32,000 bases of DNA from Patescibacteria group bacterium (GCA_028713575.1 JAQTOB010000005.1:1-32000), one strand, 5' to 3'; counted from the first letter of the stretch, positions 17,330-25,446 are shown. Notes: generated from the letters alone by a model not told the origin. Translations and numbers: made by a program.

Positions 17330-18469
17330 ATGCCACAAACTTATATTTCTCCTCACAATAAAATCGGTTATTTATTTTTATCATTGACCGTCTTGTTCAT
17401 TGTTAATTTTATTTTTGGTGTTTTTGGTTCTTTCTACGGCGCCCAAATTATTATCACCCCCGAAACCGAAGAAATATCTATTAATTCATCTATTAAAATT
17501 TCAGAAGAAAAAAATACTTCAACTGATTTGATTTTAAAGGGAAAAATTGTGGAAAATATCCAGACTGGCGAAAAAAAATCATTCCCTCAGGCAACGGTCT
17601 CTGCGGAAGATTATGCCGAAGGCGAAATTATTTTAAAAAATAATAATTCTTCAGCATTAAATTTTGTTGCCTCTACTAGATTTGCCTCTCCTGAAGGACT
17701 AATTTTTCGAGCAGTTAACCGAATCTATGTCGCGCCCAAAGGAGGAGAAACAACCGTTTTAGTAAAAGCGGAAAAAATGGGAGCGGAATATGATATTGGT
17801 CCCGCGCAATTTACCATCCCTAATTTAAAAGATTCGGCTTTAAAAGATAATATCATCGCTGAAAGCAAAAAACCAATGACCGGTGGCTTAAAAAAAACTG
17901 GCATTATCATGCAATCAGACATTGATCAGGCAAAAAAAGAACTTAAAGAAACTCTTTATCAAAAGGGATTAACAGAAATAGAAAAAGAAATTAATAGCGC
18001 TGATTTTAAAATCGTCATCCAATCAAATATTTTAGAAGAGAAATCTGATGCTTTAGCTGGAGAAGAAAAAATAGAATTTACGGTACAAGAAAAAATAAAA
18101 ATCGGCGCCGCAGCTTTTAAGGAAAATGATATTTCAAAAATTGCCGTAGAAATTTTAAAAAATAACGTTCCTCAAGGGAAAACCCTAATTGCCTACGAGA
18201 TAAAAAGCCTTAATTACCGATTAATAGAATATGACTTAGAAAATAAAACCGCTTTGCTGGAAATTCAATTTCGCGGTTATATGAGCATTAATAACCAATA
18301 TGAATTTTTAGAAAAAACTCGTTTTCGCGGCTTAACTAAACAAGAAGTAGAAAATTATTTAAATGAATTTTCCGAAATTAAAGAAATAAAAATTAAATTT
18401 TGGCCGCCCCTACTTTTTAAAACCATGCCTCAATCAATAGATAAAATTAAAATAAAAATAAATATATGA
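17330..18469 (+). CDS. Hypothetical membrane-anchored protein, translationally coupled to thrS
   Basis: 379 aa with an N-terminal TM helix (IGYLFLSLTVLFIVNFIFGVFG). The segment TRFASPEGLIFR...VLVKAEKMGAEYDIGPAQFTIPNLK resembles proteins I recall being annotated as baseplate J/gp47-like in CPR genomes. This is an unverified recollection. Its TGA stop overlaps the thrS ATG (ATGA at 18466-18469). Confidence 0.7.
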   Translation: MPQTYISPHNKIGYLFLSLTVLFIVNFIFGVFGSFYGAQIIITPETEEISINSSIKISEEKNTSTDLILKGKIVENIQTGEKKSFPQATVSAEDYAEGEIILKNNNSSALNFVASTRFASPEGLIFRAVNRIYVAPKGGETTVLVKAEKMGAEYDIGPAQFTIPNLKDSALKDNIIAESKKPMTGGLKKTGIIMQSDIDQAKKELKETLYQKGLTEIEKEINSADFKIVIQSNILEEKSDALAGEEKIEFTVQEKIKIGAAAFKENDISKIAVEILKNNVPQGKTLIAYEIKSLNYRLIEYDLENKTALLEIQFRGYMSINNQYEFLEKTRFRGLTKQEVENYLNEFSEIKEIKIKFWPPLLFKTMPQSIDKIKIKINI

Positions 18470-20289
18470 AAAATTTTTCTTCAGAAATAATTCGTCATTC
18501 CACCAGTCATTTAATGGCAGCGGCGATTTTAGAATTATTTCCTCAAGTCAAATTCGGGATTGGACCAGTAATTGAAAACGGGTTTTATTATGACTTTGAC
18601 CTGGAACGAACATTAACGCCTCAAGATTTAATCAAAATTGAGAATAAAATGAAACAATTGATTAAAAAAAATCTGAAATTTGAAAAAAAAGAAATTGAAA
18701 TTGATGAAGCAACGGAATTGTTTAAAAAACTTAATCAGCCGTACAAAATTGAACTCTTGCAAGACATTGAAAAATACGGAACGACACAAGAATCACTAAA
18801 ACATAAAAACATTCCCGCCGAAGGCGGATCCGCCTCTGGCGGAAAAGCATTAAAACAAAATAAAGTTACCATTTATCAGCTGGGAAATTTTATTGATTTG
18901 TGTCGAGGACCACATGTTGAAAACACTGGTCAATTGGGCGTTTTTAAACTCAACAAAATCGCCGGCGCTTACTGGCGAGGCGATGAAAAAAACAAAATGC
19001 TACAAAGGGTCTACGGTTTAGCTTTTGCCTCCCAAAAAGAATTAGATGGATTTCTTAAAATTCAGGAAGAAGCGGAAAAGAGAGACCACCGCAAATTGGG
19101 GCAAGAATTAGACCTTTTCCAAATCAACGATAATATCGGTCCCGGATTGATTCTCTGGCATCCAAGGGGCGCTATCTTAAAAAAAATTATTGAAAATTAT
19201 ATTTTAGATGAATATACCAATAATGGTTACCAATTAGTCAGTACGCCTCATCTTGCCAAGCTTAATCTTTGGAAAACATCCGGGCACAACGATTTTTACC
19301 GGGAAAATATGTTTCCGGTAATGCATATGTCAGAAATGAACAAAGAAGAAAAAGACGATTATCAGGTTAAGCCCATGAATTGTCCTTTTCATATCGCTAT
19401 TTATAATCATTCTCTTAAAAGTTATCGCGACTTGCCTCTTCGCTACACTGAATTGGGTACTGTTTATCGTTATGAAAAATCAGGAGTCTTACATGGTCTA
19501 ACCAGAGTCAGGGGTTTTACTCAAGATGATGCTCATATTTTTTGTACTCCGGAGCAACTAGATAAAGAAATAGAAACAACAGTCAAGTTTGCCGTAAAAA
19601 TTCTAAAAACGTTTGGTTTTAAGGGCTATGATATTTATTTATCTACTCAGCCGGAAAAATCGGTCGGGAGCCAGGAAAATTGGAATCAGGCAACTAAGGC
19701 GCTGGAAAATTCTTTAAAAAAACTGAAAATAAAATATGAGGTTGACGCAGCCGGCGGTGTTTTTTACGGCCCCAAAATAGATATTAAAATTAAAGACAGT
19801 ATAGGCCGAGCCTGGCAATGTAGCACCATTCAAGTTGATTTCAATTTGCCGGAAAAATTCGCGATGACCTATACCGACAGCGAAGGGAAAAAACAACAAC
19901 CGATTATGATTCATCGCGCTTTGCTTGGTTCTTTGGAAAGATTTATGGGCGTGCTGATTGAACATTACGCCGGTGTTTTTCCAATATGGCTCTCCCCTGT
20001 TCAAGTTTATCTGACCCCGGTCGGCAAAGCCCATCAATCAGCGGTTAAAAAACTTGCCAAAGAGTTATCAGAAAAGGGATTAAGAGTTGAAACCAACTTT
20101 TTAAATGAAACTATCTCATATAAAGTCAGAAAAGCGGAAAAGATGAAAATTCCTTATATTTTGGTCATTGGCGACAAAGAGGTCAAAAGCCATAATTTGA
20201 ATATCCGGACGCGAGACAATAAAATCGTCAAGATGAGCAAGAAGAAATTCATAGAAAAAATTCTGAAAGAAATTGAAATAAAAAAATAA
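18466..20289 (+). CDS. thrS: Threonine--tRNA ligase (no N-terminal TGS domain)
   Basis: 607 aa. It begins at the second additional/editing-domain motif (RHSTSHLMAAA). The class II core and anticodon-binding domain are colinear with E. coli ThrRS as I recall it (DLCRGPHV, AGAYWRGD, RDHRKLG, KPMNCPFH, RVRGFTQDDAHIFC, GPKID, MIHRALLGSLERF). Confidence 0.96.
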   Translation: MKNFSSEIIRHSTSHLMAAAILELFPQVKFGIGPVIENGFYYDFDLERTLTPQDLIKIENKMKQLIKKNLKFEKKEIEIDEATELFKKLNQPYKIELLQDIEKYGTTQESLKHKNIPAEGGSASGGKALKQNKVTIYQLGNFIDLCRGPHVENTGQLGVFKLNKIAGAYWRGDEKNKMLQRVYGLAFASQKELDGFLKIQEEAEKRDHRKLGQELDLFQINDNIGPGLILWHPRGAILKKIIENYILDEYTNNGYQLVSTPHLAKLNLWKTSGHNDFYRENMFPVMHMSEMNKEEKDDYQVKPMNCPFHIAIYNHSLKSYRDLPLRYTELGTVYRYEKSGVLHGLTRVRGFTQDDAHIFCTPEQLDKEIETTVKFAVKILKTFGFKGYDIYLSTQPEKSVGSQENWNQATKALENSLKKLKIKYEVDAAGGVFYGPKIDIKIKDSIGRAWQCSTIQVDFNLPEKFAMTYTDSEGKKQQPIMIHRALLGSLERFMGVLIEHYAGVFPIWLSPVQVYLTPVGKAHQSAVKKLAKELSEKGLRVETNFLNETISYKVRKAEKMKIPYILVIGDKEVKSHNLNIRTRDNKIVKMSKKKFIEKILKEIEIKK

Positions 20290-20351
20290 ATCTTGACAAG
20301 TAAATCTTGACGGGGTCGGACCTTGTCCAAAAAACGTTAATAATAGATGAT

Positions 20352-20633
20352 ATGGAAAGCAATCTCTCCAAATTTATCCATAAAAATAGGTGGTTTATCG
20401 TTTTCTATCTTATATGGATTTTTATTCATTTATTTTTGGGGATTTTATGTGAGTTTGACATTTTTGACGATGTAGATTCGTGTTTTTGGCCGTTTTGTAC
20501 ATCTCCAAGTATTTATTATGATTATGACTTCTCAGAATTCTTCGTTTATATACTCTCTCCTTTATTATTGTTTGCAATAGCAAAACTTGTTGGAAACGAT
20601 ATTAAAAGAATATTTAGAAAAAATAACCAATAA
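20352..20633 (+). CDS. Hypothetical small membrane protein
   Basis: The ORF-track start at 20307 is a TTG. The first ATG is at 20352 (MESNLSKFIHKNRWFIVFYLIWIFIHLFLGIL...). It is 93 aa from the ATG, with two hydrophobic segments. I recognise no family. Confidence 0.45.
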   Translation: MESNLSKFIHKNRWFIVFYLIWIFIHLFLGILCEFDIFDDVDSCFWPFCTSPSIYYDYDFSEFFVYILSPLLLFAIAKLVGNDIKRIFRKNNQ

Positions 20634-20728
20634 ATAAAAATTTATTGGGCTTGTTTCCACAAATAACAAATATGAAATTAAACTCCGTACATAACGTTAA
20701 TTTTATTAAACAATACTTATCCACACCA

Positions 20729-20766
20729 TAACGCTTGACGATATTATCGTGATGCGTTAATATAAT
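20729..20766 (+). promoter_or_regulatory. Candidate higBA operator/promoter: a 31-bp nested inverted repeat next to a TATAAT box
   Basis: The repeat is TAACGC-TTG-ACGATA-T-TATCGT-GAT-GCGTTA (20729-20759), with both the inner and outer 6-mers perfectly inverted. TTGACG lies at 20735-20740 and TATAAT at 20761-20766. The 20-nt spacer is longer than optimal, so the exact promoter is uncertain. The element ends about 12 nt before the higB ATG. Confidence 0.45.
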
Positions 20767-20770
20767 AAAA

Positions 20771-21055
20771 ATGATAAAAAGTTTTAAATCCAAGGAAACG
20801 GAAAAAATTTTTAATAGAAATTACTCACTAAAATTCCCTTTGACTATTCAAAAAACCGCTCTACGCAAATTGCTAATAATTGACGCTTCCGTAATAATCA
20901 ACGATTTAAGAGTGCCGCCAGCCAATCATTTAGAACAATTGAAAGGTAACAGGCGAGGACAATACAGTATAAGAATTAATGACCAATGGCGGATTTGTTT
21001 TAAATGGCGACAAAGCGACGCCTATGACGTAGAAATAATCAATTATCATAATTAA
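20771..21055 (+). CDS. higB: HigB-family toxin (RelE/ParE superfamily, plasmid maintenance system killer type)
   Basis: 94 aa. MIKSFKSKETEKIF...LRVPPANHLEQLKGNRRGQYSIRINDQWRICFKW..SDAYDVEIINYH matches the COG3549/HigB pattern as I recall it. The gene order is toxin first, as in higBA. Confidence 0.88.
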   Translation: MIKSFKSKETEKIFNRNYSLKFPLTIQKTALRKLLIIDASVIINDLRVPPANHLEQLKGNRRGQYSIRINDQWRICFKWRQSDAYDVEIINYHN

Positions 21056-21064
21056 AATAACATT

Positions 21065-21370
21065 ATGTCCAAGAAAATAAAACCAATTCATCCCGGAGAA
21101 ATATTAAGAGAAGAATTTTTAAAACCCTTTAAAATCAGCCAATATCGCTTATCTAAAGACATTAACGTCTCTCCGAGAAGAATTAACGAAATTATTCACG
21201 GAACAAGAGCTATTTCCGCCGACACCGCTCTACGCTTAGGTAAATATTTTAATACCTCGCCACATTTCTGGCTTAATTTGCAATCGCGCTATGATTTAAC
21301 CGTAGAAAGTAGCGAATTGACTGATATTTTAAATAAAGTAAAAACTTTTGAATTTGTAGCACAAAACTAA
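21065..21370 (+). CDS. higA: HigA-family antitoxin (XRE-type HTH)
   Basis: 101 aa. IHPGEILREEFLKP...SQYRLSKDINVSPRRINEIIHGTRAISADTALRLGKYFNTSPHFWLNLQSRYDL is the canonical HigA HTH core. It lies 9 nt after higB. Confidence 0.9.
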   Translation: MSKKIKPIHPGEILREEFLKPFKISQYRLSKDINVSPRRINEIIHGTRAISADTALRLGKYFNTSPHFWLNLQSRYDLTVESSELTDILNKVKTFEFVAQN

Positions 21371-21481
21371 AGTCATCTTCCCCGCCAGCCGGCGGATTCG
21401 ACAGATGCTCAAAAATCTTAAAAAATTAAAAATTTTAAAATTTTTGGCAAAACAATATTTAACTCGTTAATTTTACGTTTT

Positions 21482-23095
21482 ATGAATAAAAAACAAACGT
21501 CAATAAAAATTTTAGTTTTAATTTCTTTGGCGATTTTATTTTTACCTTTCGGCCTAATTAGAGCTCAGGAGTCATCAGCCGTCGCAACCGAGACCCTCTC
21601 TGACGTTACCCTGGACGAAAATGTTACCGCGGCTGATTTAAATATTAAAGAACCAACCCTCTTGCCTACTAGTCCGTATTATCAAATCAAAAACATCTGG
21701 CGGGGACTGAGGTCAACCTTTACTTTTGACCCGGTGAAAAAAGTTGAGTTAAAACTACAGTACGCCAATGAAAAATTAATTGAAGCGAAAAGTATGGCAA
21801 AAATAGAAAATAATCAGGAGGCGGTCGTTAAGGCCATTAAGGGCTACGGAAAAGAAATGAACCAACTGACGGAGATAGTGGAAAATTTTTCCGACGAATT
21901 GAAAAAGAACTCCAGCACCCTAACGGAAAAAATAATTGACAACTCTTTCAAACAACAAAAACTGATAGACGGCATTGAGAAAGGATTGGAAAATGCCCAG
22001 CTTAAAGAAACTAATCAAATCAGAACAAAGGCCTTGGAAAAACTTGGTGAAACCATCGTCAACATCGTTCCATCGGAACAAATACAGGAACGGATTGAAG
22101 TCGCATTGCAGAATCAAACGGGCAGCGAGTTTAAGGATTTAAAAAACCTGGGGGTTCTGAAAATCGTGGAACAAAAGTTGCCGGAAAAAGCGGCTGAAGC
22201 CGTCCAAGAAGTCCAAAAAAACATCTTAGAAAAATTGGAAATAAAAATAAATTCATTTCAAGAACAAGATAAAGAGAAATTCCAAAACTATATTGAAAAC
22301 CTGGGCGGAAGCGCAACCGCGCATCTGCAAATTATTAAAGATATTTCTGAAAACGGACTTCCTGGAGAAATTGGGCAAAAATTGGAAGAAATAAAAGAAC
22401 AGATAATAGAAAAGGTGGAAAAAATGGAGCAAGGACAGGTCCAGATAGCCAATCCTGCTTCAGAATATTGCATTAAAATGGGCGGTAAATTGGAAATGAA
22501 AACCGATGAAAACAAAGACCAGTTCGGAATTTGTCATTTACCCGATGGCACGGATTGCGAAGAATGGGCTTTATTTAGAGGCGAATGCGGTAAAAACAAT
22601 GAAAAGGAAACGCCCAGCAGCGGCCTTGCCTGTCCCGAGGTGACAAAACCGGACTGTAAAAACGGCATCTTGGTTGCTATAGAAAAAGATAAAAACAACT
22701 GTCCATTAAAATACGAATGTATGGGATTAGGAGAAAAAAAAGAACAGCCGGGAATACCAATCATCCAGCCCCAACCGCAAATAACGCCTGTTTCTCCGGG
22801 GAATAAAAGGGGAGAATCTCCCTGCATCCAAGTTATCACTCCGGCAATGAAAGACGGAATATGTAAAGAATTCCCTACCCCTTGTGATGTTCCTGAGGGT
22901 TGGTCAAGGGTAAACAGTTGTCCCTCTTCTTCCAATTCTAATGTTCAAATTGATTCTTCCCGGTCCATAAATTCAACTCAACCGCAACAAAAACAAATTC
23001 AACAACCAATGATGGTGCCCGAAACAATGAAAACTGACAAAAAAAACTCTGAAAAATCATTGGGAAATCCTTCTTTATTGGAAAAAAATAAATAA
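21482..23095 (+). CDS. Secreted protein with N-terminal DUF5667-like domain, central DUF333 (COG3042 putative-hemolysin-like) domain and Cys-rich tail
   Basis: 537 aa with a signal peptide (KILVLISLAILFLPFGLIRAQE). LLPTSPYYQIKNIWRGLRSTFTF...KLQYANEKLIEAK resembles DUF5667. ANPASEYCIKMGGKLEMKTDENKDQFGICHLPDGTDCEEWALFRGEC resembles DUF333. Cys-spaced modules follow (CPEVTKPDCKNG...CPLKYEC; CIQVITPAMKDGICKEFPTPCDVPEGW...SC), then a Q/S/N-rich end. Confidence 0.85.
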   Translation: MNKKQTSIKILVLISLAILFLPFGLIRAQESSAVATETLSDVTLDENVTAADLNIKEPTLLPTSPYYQIKNIWRGLRSTFTFDPVKKVELKLQYANEKLIEAKSMAKIENNQEAVVKAIKGYGKEMNQLTEIVENFSDELKKNSSTLTEKIIDNSFKQQKLIDGIEKGLENAQLKETNQIRTKALEKLGETIVNIVPSEQIQERIEVALQNQTGSEFKDLKNLGVLKIVEQKLPEKAAEAVQEVQKNILEKLEIKINSFQEQDKEKFQNYIENLGGSATAHLQIIKDISENGLPGEIGQKLEEIKEQIIEKVEKMEQGQVQIANPASEYCIKMGGKLEMKTDENKDQFGICHLPDGTDCEEWALFRGECGKNNEKETPSSGLACPEVTKPDCKNGILVAIEKDKNNCPLKYECMGLGEKKEQPGIPIIQPQPQITPVSPGNKRGESPCIQVITPAMKDGICKEFPTPCDVPEGWSRVNSCPSSSNSNVQIDSSRSINSTQPQQKQIQQPMMVPETMKTDKKNSEKSLGNPSLLEKNK

Positions 23096-23124
23096 TCTTC
23101 TTTATAAAATATTTTAATAAAATT

Positions 23125-23150
23125 AAAAGAGGCCTGGTTAGGCCTCTTTT
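23125..23150. terminator. Rho-independent terminator (bidirectional form)
   Basis: AAAAGAGGCC-TGGTTA-GGCCTCTTTT. The stem is perfect and flanked by A4 and T4 runs. It starts 30 nt after the stop of the 21482 CDS. Confidence 0.8.
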
Positions 23151-23240
23151 AGATTGAAAAAATTTTTAAAATAAATTAAAATATCTTTATAAATTCAAAT
23201 AAAAATCATCTCTATATTTAAACAGATAATCAATAATAAA

Positions 23241-24662
23241 GTGAAATACCATATCATTACCTATGGATGTCAAATGAATAAAAGTGATTCTGAACGGATT
23301 GCTTCGGTTTTAGAAAAAATCGGTTGCCAAGCGACAAATAAAATATCTAAGGCCGATTTGATTGTCATTAATATGTGTTCGGTGCGACAATCGGCCGTTG
23401 ACCGCGTTTATGGATTAATCAACAAGCCAAAATCAAAAACGCAAAAAATTATTCTAACCGGATGTATTTTACCGCCAGATAAAAGAAAAATGAAAAATAA
23501 GGCTGATTTGATTTTTAACATTAAAGACCTGCCTAAACTTCCCTTAATGCTTAAGCCCGCTAAGTTGACTAATTTGGAGACCAGGTCTCCAAATAATTTG
23601 GAGACCTGGTCTCCAAATTACAAGTCTCCAAATTATCTTTCTCTTTCTTCCTCCCCGACTTCAACCTTTTCCGCTTATGTCCCTATTATGACCGGCTGCA
23701 ATAATTTTTGCACTTATTGCGTTGTTCCCCGCACCCGAGGACGAGAATTTAGTCGGCCGGTTGAAGAAATTATAAATGAAATCAAAGATTTAATTGGAAA
23801 AGGATACAAAGAGATAATTTTACTGGGACAAAACGTAAACTCCTATAAAGGAAAAATAAAAAATAAAAAATTAAAAAACTTAAAAACGGAAAAATATATT
23901 GACTTTGCCGACCTCCTTAAACTAATTGATAACTTTCAGGGGAAGTTTTGGCTAACCTTTATCACTTCTCATCCTAAGGACCTATCCGATAAACTGATTA
24001 AGGTGATGGCTTCAGGTAAAAAAATAATGCCCTATCTTCATCTGCCTATTCAATCTGGAGACAATGAAATCCTAAAAAAAATGAACCGCGGCTATACGGT
24101 TGAAGATTACAAAAACCTTATTCATAAAATCCGTCATCATATTCCGTTTGTCAATATTTCTACTGACATTATCGTCGGATTTCCAGGTGAAACAAAAAAA
24201 CAATTCAAAAATACGGCTAAATTAATGAAATGGGTAAAATTTGATATGGCTTATATCGCCCGCTATTCCCCGCGCTTCGGCACCATAGCGGCAAATTTTG
24301 AGGATAATATTAATTATGAAGAAAAAAAAGAACGCGAAAAACTTTTAACTGAAATTCTTAAAAAAACCGCTCTAAAAAACAATGAAAAATATCTTGGTAA
24401 AACCGTTGAAATTTTAATTGGAAAAAATGAAAAAAATTTTTCTTGGGGAAAAACAAAAAATCTAAAAAACATTAAAATAAACTATGCTTATTCTTATGGA
24501 CCATTAACCTCTTCTAAAAATAATTCTGTTCATTCTTGTCATAAATTACCAAATCCTCAACTAAAAAACAAAAAAAATTATTTTTTTAACCCGGGAAAAT
24601 TCGTTAAAGTAAAAATCATTAAATCTACCCCTTGGAGACTTGAGGGTTTTACCCGTATCTAA
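23241..24662 (+). CDS. miaB: tRNA (N6-isopentenyl-adenosine-37) methylthiotransferase MiaB (radical SAM MTTase)
   Basis: 473 aa with a GTG start. The N-terminal MTTase domain (ITYGCQMNKSDSE, NMCSVRQ, TGCI), the radical-SAM CNNFCTYC motif and a C-terminal TRAM-like domain are present. miaA lies nearby. RimO or MtaB cannot be fully excluded. Confidence 0.88.
   Translation: MKYHIITYGCQMNKSDSERIASVLEKIGCQATNKISKADLIVINMCSVRQSAVDRVYGLINKPKSKTQKIILTGCILPPDKRKMKNKADLIFNIKDLPKLPLMLKPAKLTNLETRSPNNLETWSPNYKSPNYLSLSSSPTSTFSAYVPIMTGCNNFCTYCVVPRTRGREFSRPVEEIINEIKDLIGKGYKEIILLGQNVNSYKGKIKNKKLKNLKTEKYIDFADLLKLIDNFQGKFWLTFITSHPKDLSDKLIKVMASGKKIMPYLHLPIQSGDNEILKKMNRGYTVEDYKNLIHKIRHHIPFVNISTDIIVGFPGETKKQFKNTAKLMKWVKFDMAYIARYSPRFGTIAANFEDNINYEEKKEREKLLTEILKKTALKNNEKYLGKTVEILIGKNEKNFSWGKTKNLKNIKINYAYSYGPLTSSKNNSVHSCHKLPNPQLKNKKNYFFNPGKFVKVKIIKSTPWRLEGFTRI
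23571..23633. repeat. In-frame tandem repeat of a 24-bp self-complementary unit inside miaB
   Basis: The copies are AATTTGGAGACCAGGTCTCCAAAT (23571-23594), AATTTGGAGACCTGGTCTCCAAAT (23595-23618) and a partial third copy, GTCTCCAAAT (23624-23633). Each unit is an 11-bp inverted repeat around one central base. The repeat encodes NLETRSPN-NLETWSPN-YKSPN. Confidence 0.9.
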
Positions 24663-24717
24663 TCTATTCTTTTAAGGTTAGTTTTTCAAAATTCATTCAG
24701 TAATTATGAAACATCAA

Positions 24718-25446
24718 TTAAATACGAGGCAAAGAAATCTTCTTGATTTTCTTTAGAATAAGAATATAACTAAAAACAAGGATAATTGTCAAAGGAATTA
24801 AATTCCACCACCAATTAAACCTGACAATCGTATTATAAAGGCCATGGAAAACGACAGCCAAAAATAATCCCTGAAAAACAATCAGTTTATTTTTGCTCTT
24901 ATTAAATTTTGCCAAACCTAAATAATAACCAATAATTCCACCGGTAAGAAAATGCATAAAAGTGCTGGTAAATCCTCTTAATAAAACCGTGCCCGCGCCG
25001 GACAGCAAACTGCCGACAAACAAGCCATAAAGAATATTTTCCACAAAAGCAAAACCCAATCCTAAAATCATGCCGTAAATAAAGCCGTCACGCAATTCAT
25101 CAAAATGACTTAATTGATAAATACCCAATTTTAAAATTAAGTATTTAAAAAATTCCTCAATTAAACCATCTATAAAAAAAGACAAAACAAAAATCATCAT
25201 TAAAGAACTTATCCAGGGAATTTTTTCAATTAAATCGGTTAATCGTCCGGTTAAGGGAATGAGAGGAAAAGTAATTAAGCAACCAAAAATAAAAATTTTT
25301 AAAATCTGCAAGCCGGGTTCAGGAGCAGAACGGTCAAGCCGTAAACAAATTAAAAGCCAAATAATCGTCGGTCCGGCGGACAATAATAAAAACAATAAGG
25401 TTTTTTGGATTGTTAAATCGGAAAATAGACGGATAATTAAATCCAT
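24718..25446 (-). CDS. PrsW-family intramembrane metalloprotease
   Basis: 242 aa and polytopic. The motifs are those of the PrsW family as I recall it: EExxK (GLIEEFFKYL) and later HxxxN (FHGLYN), plus FMHFLTGG. Confidence 0.78.
   Translation of the reverse strand: MDLIIRLFSDLTIQKTLLFLLLSAGPTIIWLLICLRLDRSAPEPGLQILKIFIFGCLITFPLIPLTGRLTDLIEKIPWISSLMMIFVLSFFIDGLIEEFFKYLILKLGIYQLSHFDELRDGFIYGMILGLGFAFVENILYGLFVGSLLSGAGTVLLRGFTSTFMHFLTGGIIGYYLGLAKFNKSKNKLIVFQGLFLAVVFHGLYNTIVRFNWWWNLIPLTIILVFSYILILKKIKKISLPRI

Noticed and set aside
21381-21410. CCGGCGGATTCGACAG resembles the GGAUUCGAC element near the 5' end of tmRNA.
   Set aside because: There is no GGGG acceptor start, no tag ORF and no T-arm/CCA-proximal 3' domain. 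A 350-nt tmRNA would have to overlap the well-supported signal peptide and DUF5667 region of the 21482 CDS. It is more simply a GC hairpin (CCGCC-AGCC-GGCGG) after higA.
23571-23633. Short direct repeats considered as a possible degenerate CRISPR array.
   Set aside because: Only about 2.5 units are present, directly abutting with no spacers, inside an intact coding frame. There are no cas genes in the window.
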